DNA of 64,000 nucleotides from Ignavibacteriota bacterium (GCA_963742955.1 CAVUOA010000009.1:754596-818595), one strand, 5' to 3'. Positions 1-11,300 are shown, counted from the stretch's first letter. Program-made: numbers and translations. The notes: a model not told the origin generated them from the letters alone.

Positions 1-131
1 GATTTTACATTTACGGTTGAAACACTGTTCAAACGGCTGCCCTGCTCATTTAATTTTAATTGCGGAAGTACCTGTGCGTATATTCCCGAAGCAATAAATA
101 CAACCAATACAGCAGTCACAATTTTATTCAT
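1..131 (-). CDS. 5' end of a secreted-protein gene (continues past window start)
   Basis: ATG at 131 on the minus strand lies downstream of an AGGAG Shine-Dalgarno (rc of 140-144). Translation MNKIVTAVLVVFIASGIYAQ... is a signal peptide. The gene is truncated by the window edge. Confidence 0.45.
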   Translation of the reverse strand, partial: MNKIVTAVLVVFIASGIYAQVLPQLKLNEQGSRLNSVSTVNVK

Positions 132-170
132 GAAGTTTACTCCTTTTAAAGTGCAATATAATATATAGTT

Positions 171-1664
171 TTATAAAATATATCTGCTTAAATCTCTGTT
201 CTTGACGATATCTTTTAATTTATCGTTAACCATTTGTTCAGTCACGGTAATTTTCTTTACCTTTATTTTGTCGGGTGCATCAAATAAGACTTCTTCAAGC
301 AATGTAGTAAGAATAGTATGAAGCCTTCTTGCTCCGATATTTTCAACCTGTTCGTTAACTTCAGCGGCAATTTTTGCTATTTCGCGGATTCCTCCTTCGT
401 CAAATTCGAGTTTTATCCCCTCTGATTCTATCAACGCCGTATATTGCTTTATAAGAGCATTTTCGGGCTGGGTTAATATTTTTACGAAATCATCTTCGGT
501 CAGACTGTTCAGTTCAACTCTAATGGGGAATCTCCCCTGGAGCTCCGGGATTAAATCGCTGGGTTTCGACTGATGGAATGCGCCGGAAGCAATAAACAAT
601 ATATGTTCAGTCTTAACCATTCCGTACTTTGTAGTAACATTTGAGCCTTCAACAATCGGAAGTAAGTCCCTCTGCACACCTTCCCGCGAAACATCCGGTC
701 CCTGTGATTTTGAATCGCCTCCGGCAATCTTATCTATTTCATCAAGGAAAACTATTCCGTATTCCTGTACCCTGTTAATAGCATCTTTAACTACTGCATC
801 CATATCAATCAGTTTATTAGCTTCCTCCAGTGTTAAAGCAACTTTAGCTTCTGCTACAGTCATTTTCCTTTTTTTAACTTTCTTCGGCATCATGTTACCG
901 AATAAGTCCTGCAGGTTAACTCCCATATCCTCCAAACCGATTGGACCCAGCACCTGCATAACAGGAAAACCATCTGATGACACATCAACTTCTATTACAC
1001 GCTCATCAAGCTCGCCAGAGGTAAGCATTTCACGGAATCTTTCCCGGGTTCTGAAGTTATTTTCTTTTTCTTTTTCATATTCAGCCTGAGCCGAAAATCC
1101 AACCTGCGCCTGTGCTGCTTCATCAGTTCCTTTTCTCTTAACAGCAGGAACAAGTATATCAAGTATTCTCTCTTCAGCAAGGAACTCTGCCTTCTTCTGC
1201 ACCTCAGCATTCTTTTCGGATTTAACAACGGTAACGCCAAGGTCAGTCAGCTCGCGTATCATAGATTCCACATCACGCCCCACATAACCCACTTCGGTAA
1301 ATTTCGATGCCTCAACTTTTATAAAAGGAGCGTTCGAAAGCCTTGCAAGACGCCTTGCAATTTCCGTCTTACCTACCCCGGTGGGTCCAATCAGAATTAT
1401 GTTGTTAGGCATAATCTCTTCTTTGATATCACCTTTTACGTTTTTTCGTCTCCATCGGTTGCGAAGCGCAATTGCAACGGATTTTTTGGCATTATCCTGA
1501 CCGATTATAAATTTATCAAGTTCATTTACAATTTGCGATGGTGTTAGTTCTTTTATTTCGCGTGTTACGTCTTTAGGCTGTTTTACTTTCTTTACAACAG
1601 ACTTTTTTGGTTTCTCCTGCGGCATATCACCATTCGTTTCGCTATCAATAATTTCATCTTTCAT
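171..1664 (-). CDS. hslU: ATP-dependent protease ATPase subunit HslU
   Basis: 497-aa ORF with [21 protein letters not shown] and Walker [16 protein letters not shown]. It has the HslU I-domain insertion and lies directly downstream of hslV. Confidence 0.95.
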   Translation of the reverse strand: MKDEIIDSETNGDMPQEKPKKSVVKKVKQPKDVTREIKELTPSQIVNELDKFIIGQDNAKKSVAIALRNRWRRKNVKGDIKEEIMPNNIILIGPTGVGKTEIARRLARLSNAPFIKVEASKFTEVGYVGRDVESMIRELTDLGVTVVKSEKNAEVQKKAEFLAEERILDILVPAVKRKGTDEAAQAQVGFSAQAEYEKEKENNFRTRERFREMLTSGELDERVIEVDVSSDGFPVMQVLGPIGLEDMGVNLQDLFGNMMPKKVKKRKMTVAEAKVALTLEEANKLIDMDAVVKDAINRVQEYGIVFLDEIDKIAGGDSKSQGPDVSREGVQRDLLPIVEGSNVTTKYGMVKTEHILFIASGAFHQSKPSDLIPELQGRFPIRVELNSLTEDDFVKILTQPENALIKQYTALIESEGIKLEFDEGGIREIAKIAAEVNEQVENIGARRLHTILTTLLEEVLFDAPDKIKVKKITVTEQMVNDKLKDIVKNRDLSRYIL

Positions 1665-1670
1665 TAAAAT

Positions 1671-2207
1671 TTATAACTCCTCTATTGTTATATGGTTATT
1701 GGTATAAATACAGATATCGGCGGCTACGTTCAATGCTTCTTTAACAATATCAGCTGCCGAAAGGTTCGAATATTTAACAAGCATACGTGCCGCGGCTGTA
1801 GCATAACTTCCGCCGGAACCGATTGCAACTATTCCGTCATCAGGCTCAATTACATCACCGTTACCTGAAATTATGAAGGCATTTTTATCATCCATAACAG
1901 CAAGCAATGCTTCAAGCCGTCTTAAATACCTGTCAGTACGCCAGTCTTTTGCTAGTTCCACAGCTGCGCGGGGCAAATTGCCTTTATATTGCTCAAGCTT
2001 TGCTTCGAATTTCTCAAACAATGTTAACGCATCTGCAGTTGAGCCTGCAAAACCTGCCAGAATTTTATTATTATATATTTTACGGACTTTCTTAGTGTTA
2101 TGTTTCAAAACTGTGTTAGAAACAGTTACCTGTCCGTCACTTCCCATTGCGGCTTTGCCGTCTTTTATTAAGCCGATTACAGTTGTATTTAATATTTTTG
2201 TTTTCAT
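1671..2207 (-). CDS. hslV: ATP-dependent protease subunit HslV
   Basis: 178-aa ORF with the N-terminal TTVIGL catalytic-Thr region and GSGG motif. It is adjacent to hslU. Confidence 0.95.
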   Translation of the reverse strand: MKTKILNTTVIGLIKDGKAAMGSDGQVTVSNTVLKHNTKKVRKIYNNKILAGFAGSTADALTLFEKFEAKLEQYKGNLPRAAVELAKDWRTDRYLRRLEALLAVMDDKNAFIISGNGDVIEPDDGIVAIGSGGSYATAAARMLVKYSNLSAADIVKEALNVAADICIYTNNHITIEEL

Positions 2208-2221
2208 TTTACAATAATTAA

Positions 2222-3673
2222 TTAAAGCATAATTTTTCTTCTCAGTGTTGCTTTCGGAATCTTCATAGCTTCACGGTATTTTGCAACCGTTCTTCTTGCT
2301 ATAGGGAATCCGGAATCGTTCATCGTTTGTGTAATCTTATCATCACTCAATGGTCTAGCCTTGTCTTCATTATCAATTAAATCCTTGATTTTTTCTTTCA
2401 CAATCTTGCTCGAAACATCTTCCCCGCTATCCATCTGTATAGGGTTGCTGAAAAAGTATTTAAGCTCAAACACGCCAAAATCGGTTTGGACATATTTATT
2501 TCTAACAGTTCTGCTGACTGTGGAAATATCCATATTGATATCCGATGCGATATCTTTTTCATACATGGGTTTCAGATTCTCACCGTTTGAGAAGAAAAAT
2601 TCTTTTTGCCTGTAAACAATTGCATTCATGACTTTAAGCATTGTCTCGCGCCTTGATGCAATTGAATTAAGAAACCATTTCGCTGAATCCAGCCTGTTTT
2701 TTAAAAACTCTTTTGTCTGCTTCTGTGTATTTTTCGATTTGAGCATTTCAATATACCTGCGGCTGATTCTGATAGCAGGGAAATTATCGTTAGTCAGTTC
2801 AACCAAAAGCTCATTACCTGCTTTTGTAATAATAAAATCAGGGTAAATATATTCTCTCTCAGGAACATCTTCTATATCGCCGGGAATAGGATTGAGCTTA
2901 TGAATAATCATAAACAGTTCGTTGATTTTTTCCATCGGTACTTTTAAAAGCCGTGAGAGCTTTTCAAAATGACGGGATTTAAATTCATCGAAATATTCAT
3001 TGACCATCTTAAGGGCTAATTCCTTCGTTTCAGGAACAATTTGCAGCTCTTCAATTTGTACAGAAAGACATTCCTGTAGATTTCTTGAACCTATTCCTAT
3101 TGGGTCAAACTTCTGAATAATCTTCAAAACATTTTCAACGTCCTCAATTGTTATATCAAGAGAATACTGCTTTTTAATATCCTCACGTATATCTTCTAAA
3201 GAATCTTTTAAGTACCCGTCATCACCAAGGCTGCCTAAAATTTCTTCTCCAATGATGACATATTTCTCTTCCAAACCCGACCTGTAAAGCTGGTCAAGAG
3301 GTGTTTCTCTCGGCTTGTATGCTTTATTCAGCAGATAATCGGTTCTGCTTTCGGAATTTATATCTTTAGAATGCGCTATTTCATCAGGCGACTTGTATCC
3401 TTCACCATCATAATCAGAGTAATCATACCATTCTTCAAGGTCATAGGTATCTTCTTTCTCATCATCAATTTTGGCTTCTTCATCAGCTGCTTCGTTATCA
3501 TCAATTTCACTTTGTTCTAACTCGGTTGCGTCTTCCAGCAAGGGATTTGCTTCAAGCTGGAGTTTGATTTCCTGTTCTAATGCCAAAGTGGGTACGGCAA
3601 GCATTAGCTGCGCCTGTATAAGCTGAGGCGATAGCTTCTGCTGCATCCCAAGTATTTGAACATTCTTAAGCAT
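2222..3673 (-). CDS. rpoN: RNA polymerase sigma-54 factor
   Basis: 483 aa with an acidic region II ([18 protein letters not shown]) and the C-terminal RpoN box [15 protein letters not shown]. Confidence 0.95.
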   Translation of the reverse strand: MLKNVQILGMQQKLSPQLIQAQLMLAVPTLALEQEIKLQLEANPLLEDATELEQSEIDDNEAADEEAKIDDEKEDTYDLEEWYDYSDYDGEGYKSPDEIAHSKDINSESRTDYLLNKAYKPRETPLDQLYRSGLEEKYVIIGEEILGSLGDDGYLKDSLEDIREDIKKQYSLDITIEDVENVLKIIQKFDPIGIGSRNLQECLSVQIEELQIVPETKELALKMVNEYFDEFKSRHFEKLSRLLKVPMEKINELFMIIHKLNPIPGDIEDVPEREYIYPDFIITKAGNELLVELTNDNFPAIRISRRYIEMLKSKNTQKQTKEFLKNRLDSAKWFLNSIASRRETMLKVMNAIVYRQKEFFFSNGENLKPMYEKDIASDINMDISTVSRTVRNKYVQTDFGVFELKYFFSNPIQMDSGEDVSSKIVKEKIKDLIDNEDKARPLSDDKITQTMNDSGFPIARRTVAKYREAMKIPKATLRRKIML

Positions 3674-3697
3674 TCTTCAGAAAAATCTTTTTTTAGT

Positions 3698-4855
3698 TTA
3701 TGAAATAGTAAACATTTTTCCCGGCAGCTGTCTTACAATTCCCTTGAATTCAAGGTTTAGCAGACAAACCAGGCAATCAGAAATATTTAATTCTGTCGAT
3801 TCTGATATTGTATCAATATGTACCGATTCTTTGTTAGAATATAATAACTCATAAATCAGCTTTTCATTTCCTTTCAAATCAGTCAGTTTTTTTCTGACCT
3901 GCAATCTGCCTTCCGGCTCATCGAAAGGAAGCAAGCCCAGCTTGGTTCTCACTTCCTCCAATATATCATTAACATTCTCTACAAGCTTTGCCTGCCCGTT
4001 TTTAATTAAATCATTCGTCCCTTTGCTGTACTTTGAATTTACATCACCGGGCACAGCATATACTTCTCTTCCCTGGTCTAATGCGCATCTTGCTGTAATT
4101 AAGGCTCCCCCTTCTTTACCGCTTTCTATTACCACAACTCCCAATGACAAGCCGCTTATAATCCTGTTTCTTCTGGGAAAATTCATGCTGTCAGGTTTAG
4201 CAGATATTTCAAATTCGGAAAATATTATTCCATTTTCAACAATGCTGTCATAAAGTTTCTTATTTTCAGGAGGATAAACCACATCAACACCGCATCCGAA
4301 CACCGCTGCTGTTTTACCTTCTGCATTTTTATTTGAGAGAACAGACTTATGCGCCGCAGTATCAATTCCTCTTGCAAAACCGCTCACTACTGTTATACCT
4401 ATTGACGAAAGTTCGTTGGAAAAATATTCGCAAATTTTCCTGCCGTAATCCGTTGGCGTTCTTGTCCCTACGATTCCAATGCAATTATCCAGTCCGTCTT
4501 TCAAAATTTTTCCGGCATTGGCGCCTTTGAAATATAAGACGACCGGAGGGTCATAAATCTTTTTTAAGAGCTGGGGATAATCTTTATCAATATAAGAAAC
4601 AGCTCCTATACCCAGCTTGTCCATTTTTAACTCAAGCTTTTCATAATCCTTTAATTGATTATCAGAATTCCTGCAAAAACGTAAAATCGATTCAGCGTTT
4701 TTTAAGCTTATTCCTTCAACCTGTTTTAATTCATTTGCAGAAGATTCAAATACATTCCTTGCGCTGCCGAATTTATCCAGCAGCTTTTTAATCCTAACAG
4801 AACCAATACCATCTACCTTCGTTAAAAAATAAGTATATTTAAAATCGTCAGCCAA
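3698..4855 (-). CDS. dprA: DNA-processing protein DprA/Smf
   Basis: GIVGTRTPTDYG...VVSGFARGIDTAAH Rossmann-like DprA core, plus an N-terminal HhH-like and a C-terminal winged-helix-like extension. Confidence 0.9.
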   Translation of the reverse strand: MADDFKYTYFLTKVDGIGSVRIKKLLDKFGSARNVFESSANELKQVEGISLKNAESILRFCRNSDNQLKDYEKLELKMDKLGIGAVSYIDKDYPQLLKKIYDPPVVLYFKGANAGKILKDGLDNCIGIVGTRTPTDYGRKICEYFSNELSSIGITVVSGFARGIDTAAHKSVLSNKNAEGKTAAVFGCGVDVVYPPENKKLYDSIVENGIIFSEFEISAKPDSMNFPRRNRIISGLSLGVVVIESGKEGGALITARCALDQGREVYAVPGDVNSKYSKGTNDLIKNGQAKLVENVNDILEEVRTKLGLLPFDEPEGRLQVRKKLTDLKGNEKLIYELLYSNKESVHIDTISESTELNISDCLVCLLNLEFKGIVRQLPGKMFTIS

Positions 4856-4882
4856 ACTTAAATCAAAAATTAACTTTTCGAA

Positions 4883-5968
4883 TTATCTTTTCATTTTGGG
4901 GTCGAATGCATCGCGCAATCCGTCACCTATCAGATTAACCGCAAACACAGTGAGCATAATTGCGATTGACGGAAATACTGCTAATCCCCAGTTAGTACCG
5001 GCAACAATATATTTGTAGCCGTCAAAAACCATCTGCCCCCAGCTTGCAGTCGGCGGCTGAACACCAAGCCCGAGAAAGCTTAAGCTTGCTTCAAAAATTA
5101 TAGCTGTTGCGAGTCCTGCTGTGCCCGTAACAATGATCGGACCAATTGTATTGGGCAGAATATGCTTGAATATTATCCTTCTCGGTTTATATCCTAATGC
5201 ACGGGTGGCTTCAACATATTCGGTTTCTCTTAATGAGAAAAACTGTCCTCTTACAATTCTTGCAATATCAACCCAGCCTGTCAGACCGATTGCTACAAAT
5301 GACTGCCAGAAACCTTTACCGAGCACAACTGATAAAGCAATAATAAACAATATTGACGGGAACGCCCATATAACATTTATAAGCCACATGATAAATGCAT
5401 CCGATTTCCCTCTGAAATATCCCGCCAGCGCACCAAGCATAACACCAATAAAAATTGATATGCTCTCGGAAATTAATCCAACCGAAAGGCTTATTCTGCT
5501 TCCGTAAATCAGGCGGCTTAAAATATCACGTCCGTATCTGTCTGTTCCGAGCAGGTAACGCGGGAGCCTGTGCCACTTGCTCTCATCATTGGATACTAAA
5601 TCAGATTTTGCAATGACAGCATTTTGACCGTTATAATCCACATAATAAACTGAATCAGCATCAGCTTTTAGTAGTTTCTGTATTGGAATAAAATCAGTCC
5701 CTTCGCTTGATGTCCTCACCAGCACATTGCCTTCAAATCCGATGGGTTTAGTTGCAAATTCTAGCGTCTGGTCAATGGGGTCAAAAGGTGAAATTATTCC
5801 GGCTGTTAACGCAATAAGTATAAGAAAAATAATAGTATAAAGACCCGCCATCGCCAATCTATTTCTTTTAAACCGTATCCATGAGTAATACCATAGACTG
5901 TGTGCAGCGCGCGATTTTTCCGCTTCTGTGAAGTGGTCTTTATCCTCAAAATATGGAGATTCTACCAT
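4883..5968 (-). CDS. ABC transporter permease, OppC/DppC-like, with a long periplasmic insert
   Basis: Six predicted TM segments and the EAA-type loop YVEATRALGYKPRRIIFKHILPN. No partner ABC genes lie in the window. Confidence 0.85.
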   Translation of the reverse strand: MVESPYFEDKDHFTEAEKSRAAHSLWYYSWIRFKRNRLAMAGLYTIIFLILIALTAGIISPFDPIDQTLEFATKPIGFEGNVLVRTSSEGTDFIPIQKLLKADADSVYYVDYNGQNAVIAKSDLVSNDESKWHRLPRYLLGTDRYGRDILSRLIYGSRISLSVGLISESISIFIGVMLGALAGYFRGKSDAFIMWLINVIWAFPSILFIIALSVVLGKGFWQSFVAIGLTGWVDIARIVRGQFFSLRETEYVEATRALGYKPRRIIFKHILPNTIGPIIVTGTAGLATAIIFEASLSFLGLGVQPPTASWGQMVFDGYKYIVAGTNWGLAVFPSIAIMLTVFAVNLIGDGLRDAFDPKMKR

Positions 5969-6082
5969 AATTTTGATAAATATACCTAATTAAACTGTGA
6001 GTTTCAAAACATTTGCATAGTATTTGTAGTGATTTTAAAAGGAATTATTATTGCTGGTGACAACACCAACAAGGGGATATTC

Positions 6083-6367
6083 TCATTCCCGCGAAGGCGG
6101 GAATCCAGTCAGCATTTCAAAATTAAAAAAAATTTAAAATTGTTTACTGTGAAAACCAAAGCCGTATCTAACTGATACAGACCTTCAGGAGGATGAAGGA
6201 ATCCGGATGGAGGAATTATAAAGATTTTTATACTCTCACTATCGCAAATATTCTAAAACGCATATAGAGCGTTTATAGGGCTATATATGTATATAGCCTA
6301 TGGCGAATGTATCCTCTGGGGGTTAAAACGTCATCACGGGGCATTTATCGAAGAATTAGAGGTATTG
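6083..6367 (+). repeat. Intergenic repeat element, copy A (GC-rich hairpin plus 137-nt conserved core)
   Basis: Starts with the hairpin cattcccgc-gaag-gcgggaatcc. The core 6231-6367 matches 8378-8513 at about 115 of 137 positions by hand alignment. The core contains hairpins aaacgc/gcgttt and ggctatata/tatatagcc. Confidence 0.7.
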
Positions 6368-6433
6368 GTGAAATCGGTTGAACTGTCATTCGCGGGTTCT
6401 TCAACCAATATGCAAAAATCCAGGCTAAATTAC

Positions 6434-7831
6434 TTATTTCAATAAAATCATTTTTTTAGTTTCAGCGAAATCACCTGCTTTCAATTTGCAGAAGTAAATT
6501 CCGCTGGAGAAACCGGAAGCATCCCAGTTAACGTGATACGAACCGGCTATCATTTCATTATCAACAAGCTTAGCATACACTCTGCCTGTAATATCATAGA
6601 TTACTATCTGAACTCTCATCCCCCCGGCCCCCTTCAAAGGGGGAACATCAAACTTGATAGTCGTAACAGGGTTAAAAGGGTTTGGATAATTTTGATAAAG
6701 TTGAAATTGATTTGGTATAGTTCCAGAAATATTTTTAATTCCAATAGGTGGAAAATTTAAGTTACTATCGCACCTCAGTGCATAAAAATCCCAATGTTCT
6801 GAGGTATCATATCCAGCTTCTCCTAAAAATATCATATCTCCATTTCCAGGAAGCAAGATTTTTTTTAACCTTACATAGCTTGAAAAAGATACAGATTGCG
6901 AATCGAGAATATTACAGAGGGTATCTTCAATATAAATCCTTGTGTAAACCTGCGGCGGTGTTGCGAGATTATTTGTTACCATTACGAATTTGTTATTAGT
7001 AATAAATTGCATATCATATATTCCGTAAGTATAATCTTTCAATACACGCTTTGAAGTAATAACATTTCCTGAGTCATCTATTTTCATATATCCCGCTCCA
7101 CAAAGAACAACGTAATAAGGCAGTTGTTTAATTATTCTGAGGCCGCTTCCAATACTGTCACCCTCGCTAAATGATTTCATCCATTTCATCTGACCGTTGG
7201 TTCCAAACCTCGCCATTACCGATTCATTGTAGTTTATTGCATATTTTCTACCAGCAACTATATAGTCATTTGAATTAGTCTCGTTAACGGCCACGAATCT
7301 GGGATGTAAACCTGGATATGGTATTGTTTTCTGCCATAAGAAATTTCCGAGCGAATCTACTTTCATAATAAAAAGCGAATTATATGAATTGGCGCTTCCG
7401 CAGGTAACATAACCACCGTCAGAACATTGCATAACATCAAATAAATTGGAAATATTATAGGCAGTATAATAATAACCCCAATTTGTATCGCCCATAGAAG
7501 TGAGTTTAGCTATATTTCCACCGGCAACAAATACTGCCCCTCCGTCAGTAGTAGCTGTAATGGCTTGACACCATCGGTTAGTGTAGTTAATCTGCCAAAT
7601 TACATTACCATACTGGTCTATCTTTATGAAAGTTACTCTGCTATATTCTGTTTCGCCACCGAGCAAAAAATTTCCGTCAGTCATCTTGCAAATACCATTG
7701 CCAAAATCATCCTGGTTAAAACCGCCGTCATATAGTCTGTTCCACGTAATAGAAGGCTGGGCATAGCAATCCCGAGTGCTCGGGATTAGCAATAAACAAT
7801 TTACAATAAATAAGTAAAATATTTTTTTCAT
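6434..7831 (-). CDS. Secreted protein with T9SS C-terminal sorting domain (cargo of unknown function)
   Basis: Signal peptide MKKIFYLFIVNCLLLIP and a repetitive beta-rich body. The C-terminus is LYQNYPNPFNPVTTIKFDV...GIYFCKLKAGDFAETKKMILLK. Confidence 0.8.
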   Translation of the reverse strand: MKKIFYLFIVNCLLLIPSTRDCYAQPSITWNRLYDGGFNQDDFGNGICKMTDGNFLLGGETEYSRVTFIKIDQYGNVIWQINYTNRWCQAITATTDGGAVFVAGGNIAKLTSMGDTNWGYYYTAYNISNLFDVMQCSDGGYVTCGSANSYNSLFIMKVDSLGNFLWQKTIPYPGLHPRFVAVNETNSNDYIVAGRKYAINYNESVMARFGTNGQMKWMKSFSEGDSIGSGLRIIKQLPYYVVLCGAGYMKIDDSGNVITSKRVLKDYTYGIYDMQFITNNKFVMVTNNLATPPQVYTRIYIEDTLCNILDSQSVSFSSYVRLKKILLPGNGDMIFLGEAGYDTSEHWDFYALRCDSNLNFPPIGIKNISGTIPNQFQLYQNYPNPFNPVTTIKFDVPPLKGAGGMRVQIVIYDITGRVYAKLVDNEMIAGSYHVNWDASGFSSGIYFCKLKAGDFAETKKMILLK

Positions 7832-8007
7832 AACGTTGAAATATTAATATTAGCTTAACTTAAGTAATCAAGTAAACTAAAATAATAAAAATATATTTAT
7901 GGCCGGTGGCTATCGCGGCGCCTTCTGTGTGGAGTTTTCATTTGCATATCCTTTCTTAAATAGAAATTTTAAAAATTCTATTTTACAGTCAGCAAAATAC
8001 AGCTTGC

Positions 8008-8047
8008 TCCGATTCGTATCGGAATATACTCCGATTTCACATCGGGG
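8008..8047. repeat. Pair of ccgat-N-atcgg hairpin repeats
   Basis: tccgat-tcgt-atcgga (8008-8023) and ccgat-ttcac-atcgg (8031-8045). The same motif family occurs at 53295-53331 and 58622-58700. Confidence 0.5.
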
Positions 8048-8202
8048 CTTTGGAAGGTCTCATTACAAAATTACAGACGGGTTTTAGGCTTGTCAAGACA
8101 TTTCGTAAATAAAAATACGAATTCGCTGAATAGCCTTTTATTAAAGTTCCCGTAAAATTGATAAGATTATGTTTTTAGCACAGGCTGGTATATTACGGCA
8201 GA

Positions 8203-8265
8203 GAATCCGCCACGGCGGACAGGCACCAATAATAAGGGAATCCGCACAAGTCGGACAGGCACCAA
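8203..8265. repeat. Two tandem units gaatccgc-N-cggacaggcaccaa
   Basis: Units at 8203-8229 and 8238-8265, each containing a short tccg(cc)/(gg)cgga hairpin. Confidence 0.5.
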
Positions 8266-8278
8266 CAGAGAGGATTTG

Positions 8279-8513
8279 TCATTCCCGCAAATGCGGGAAT
8301 CCAATCAACATGCAAAAATTAACGGAATAACCCCGGATATAGTCAATCCTCAACATTTCAAAAAACGACCCTACATTTACTCTCATTATTACAACTATTC
8401 TAAAACGCATATAGAGCGTTTATAAGGCTATATATGTGTATAGCCTATTGCAATGTATCCCAGCGGACTGAAAACCTCACCTCGGGGCATTTACGGAAGA
8501 ATTAGAGGCATTG
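8279..8513 (+). repeat. Intergenic repeat element, copy B
   Basis: Starts with gtcattcccgc-aaat-gcgggaatcc and carries the core 8378-8513. It is co-oriented with copy A. Confidence 0.7.
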
Positions 8514-8573
8514 CAGTATGGAGCTGATTGATTGTACCGGACTTGTGGGAATCAGGAACAAAAAAATATGTAA

Positions 8574-9518
8574 TTAACTCCAAACTTCTCCCGGCTTTAT
8601 TTCGTGCCCTCTCAGAAATTCTGCTGAACTCATTCGTTTTTTGCCTTCTATTTGAAGTTCAATAATTTCAAGATAACCATCTTTACATGTTATAAATAAC
8701 TTCCCTTCCTGCAATTTCACCTCACCAAAATTCACCGGCTTGCCGTTTGTCCCGATTGACCTCATATACTTTTTCGTTTTAAAAATCTTAATCAGCTTTC
8801 CTTCCCTGAAAGTATAAGCGCCGGGATATGGTGATAGTCCCCTGATAAAATTATAATTTGTTTCCGTTTCATTATCCCATTTAATCCTGCAGAACTCCTT
8901 GAAAATCTTAGGAGCTTTGGACGCAATTGAATTGTCCTGTGAATAAACCGGAACGTTCCCGCTTGTCATTTCAACCATGTTCACTGTTGAAAGCACTGTT
9001 TTTGCTCCGAGTTCGGCAAGTTTATCGTGCAGTGTCCCTGCATCATCATCTTCGGTAATCTCACATGTGCTTTGAATAATAATATTTCCGGTATCAACTT
9101 TTTTCTCAAGGAAAAATGTTGTTACACCTGTTTCCTTATCACCGTTAATTAATGCCCAGTTAATCGGCGCTGCTCCCCTATATTCAGGCAGCAGTGATGC
9201 ATGAAGGTTAAATGTACCGTATTTAGGGATTGTAAAAATTTCCTCGGGCAGAATTCTGAATGCAACAACAACTATAAGCTCAGGTTCAAGCAATTCAATT
9301 TCACTGATGAAGTGTTGATCTTTCAGATAATCAGGCTGAAGTATGTTAAGCTTATTCTGAACAGCAAATTTCTTAATTGCGCTTTCGGAAATTTTAAGTC
9401 CCCTGCCCTGCGGTTTATCGGGAACGGTAACAACCGATACTATTTCGTGATGAGTTGAGAGTAGAATGTCAAGTGAAGGAACTGCAAACTCCGGTGTGCC
9501 CATGAATATAATTTTCAT
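8574..9518 (-). CDS. fmt: Methionyl-tRNA formyltransferase
   Basis: MKIIFMGTPEFAVPSL and HASLLPEYRGAAPINWALING motifs. It sits downstream of def. Confidence 0.95.
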   Translation of the reverse strand: MKIIFMGTPEFAVPSLDILLSTHHEIVSVVTVPDKPQGRGLKISESAIKKFAVQNKLNILQPDYLKDQHFISEIELLEPELIVVVAFRILPEEIFTIPKYGTFNLHASLLPEYRGAAPINWALINGDKETGVTTFFLEKKVDTGNIIIQSTCEITEDDDAGTLHDKLAELGAKTVLSTVNMVEMTSGNVPVYSQDNSIASKAPKIFKEFCRIKWDNETETNYNFIRGLSPYPGAYTFREGKLIKIFKTKKYMRSIGTNGKPVNFGEVKLQEGKLFITCKDGYLEIIELQIEGKKRMSSAEFLRGHEIKPGEVWS

Positions 9519-9521
9519 GGC

Positions 9522-10112
9522 TTAAATCCTATCAAGAGGGTGATTCTTTGCGGATTTCCTTTCTTTCTTTGGAAGCTCAGCAAGAAGATAACTTGTTTGT
9601 ATACCGCCTTTTTTAATTAAGCTAAGCTGTTCTTTAAAATCATTTTTAACTTCTTTTGAGAGATGGTCAATAAACAGCACCCCGTTCAGGTGGTCAATCT
9701 CATGCTGCGCAACTCTTGCAATAAATCCCTCAAGCTCAACGGCTTGCGGGTTCAAATCCAAATCCTGATACTCAATATACACCGTTTCGGGTCTCTCTAC
9801 TTCCGCCCGTATATGAGGAATACTGAGGCAGCCTTCTTCAATCACAATACTTCCGTTTGAATCTACTATTTTAGGATTAATTAACGTAAGAGGTTTATTT
9901 TCTTCTTCACCTTCAATGTGTGAAACGTCAATCACCGTCATAGCAAGGTCAATTCCAACCTGAGGCGCAGCAAGTCCTATACCGCTTGCTTTATGCATAG
10001 TATAAAACATGTTACCTACAAGTTCTACGGTTTTATCGTCAACTTTAGTAAGACGTTTTGTCTTTCTCCGTAAAACGTCAAATCCGTATGTGTATATTGG
10101 CAGTGTTTTCAA
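9522..10112 (-). CDS. def: Peptide deformylase
   Basis: The three canonical motifs GIGLAAPQVG, EGCLSIP and HEIDHLNG. Confidence 0.95.
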   Translation of the reverse strand: MKTLPIYTYGFDVLRRKTKRLTKVDDKTVELVGNMFYTMHKASGIGLAAPQVGIDLAMTVIDVSHIEGEEENKPLTLINPKIVDSNGSIVIEEGCLSIPHIRAEVERPETVYIEYQDLDLNPQAVELEGFIARVAQHEIDHLNGVLFIDHLSKEVKNDFKEQLSLIKKGGIQTSYLLAELPKKERKSAKNHPLDRI

Positions 10113-10393
10113 TTAATCATGTTATAATTACAAAGATATTTCAACCTAACGGTAAAATCAATTTAAAAAGTCAATTTTTGAATGAAGCAAAAATTCATTC
10201 TTTCAACGGTTTACGGTATGTTACTGAATGAAATTGACAAAAAATATCTATATATTTGCTAATTGTACTAAAATTGGCTATACATGTTAACACAACAGGA
10301 GCGCGGGACAAATGTTCCTCTATACAACATTTACCGGATGAGGATTGGAATTTTACGAGACATGTTTTGCGTTATTAACACATAATTATATAA

Positions 10394-11239
10394 ATGGATA
10401 AATCAAAATCACGTTTAATACCGGTATATATACTTCTTCTGTTAACGTTTTCACTTACCAATCTTATATATTCCCAGGAACCGGAGAAATCTATTAGTTA
10501 CAAACCGCCGAGATTAATATTTGAGATTTGCGGAAACTTTGATGACCCGACCGGTTCTGCAAAAGGTGATGTGAAGGATTACTTTAAATTCTACAACTTC
10601 GGTACTACTTACGGACTCGGATTTCATCTCAACATAAAATATGCGGCAAATAAGAAAGCAACTCTTTATCCTTTTATATCCACCGGTTTTAACCAGCTGC
10701 AGAATGATGACGGCAACAATTGTTACATTGATTCTAATCAGATAACCGGGGGTTATCCTCTTCCGGGCAGCCAGCTGTATAATTCCACAACAGGTCCCTG
10801 TATTATTATATTAAGAAGTTTTTTTGCAGGCGCAGGCTTACAGTATTACTTTAGTAACAAAGGAGGGTTCCTTCCGTTTGCGGGAGCTGAATTAAATTAT
10901 AATTATATATGGGGATTCTACATTCAAAATCCCAGAATAGCAGCCGGAAATACCCCGCCGGTCTCAACAACGTTTGATATAAACCCAACATCAAGATTCG
11001 GCTTCACTATGAACTTAGGCGCTGATTTAAGAATAACAAAAACACTTGGTTTTGTAGTTGGCGCAAATTACAGGTTCCTTAACCTTTTAGGGAAAAAAAG
11101 CGAACGGACAACGGAAGTAAACACAATTAACCTGCTTGATAAAGCCGATACAAGTCTAAACACCAATTTAAACAGCAGCAGGAACCTGGAATATGCTGAG
11201 TTTTATCTGGGCTTCACAATTTTTGCCGGACGGAAATAA
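10394..11239 (+). CDS. Putative outer-membrane beta-barrel protein
   Basis: Signal peptide, alternating hydrophobic beta-strand pattern and Gly/aromatic-rich composition. No specific family recognised. Confidence 0.5.
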   Translation: MDKSKSRLIPVYILLLLTFSLTNLIYSQEPEKSISYKPPRLIFEICGNFDDPTGSAKGDVKDYFKFYNFGTTYGLGFHLNIKYAANKKATLYPFISTGFNQLQNDDGNNCYIDSNQITGGYPLPGSQLYNSTTGPCIIILRSFFAGAGLQYYFSNKGGFLPFAGAELNYNYIWGFYIQNPRIAAGNTPPVSTTFDINPTSRFGFTMNLGADLRITKTLGFVVGANYRFLNLLGKKSERTTEVNTINLLDKADTSLNTNLNSSRNLEYAEFYLGFTIFAGRK

Positions 11240-11300
11240 ATGAAATTTGTTTTGAATTTAATAAATTTTACTTTATTATTACATCAATATTGAATATCAG

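Noticed and set aside
892-1240. Track ORFs 892-1089 (+) and 995-1240 (-) inside hslU. The same applies to 1873-2217, 2361-2846, 3942-4530, 5121-5507, 9201-9458, 25534-25835, 40489-41492, 47469-49541, 49833-51227, 60205-61496 and 62956-63953.
   Set aside because: They lie entirely within, or antisense to, strongly supported conserved genes. They have low-complexity or Ser/Leu/Arg-rich translations and no start context. They are shadow ORFs.
7899-8087. ORF 7899-8087 (+) in the intergenic region upstream of the T9SS cargo gene.
   Set aside because: It runs through the ccgat hairpin repeats, has no RBS, and its translation is repeat-derived (SPISHRGFG).
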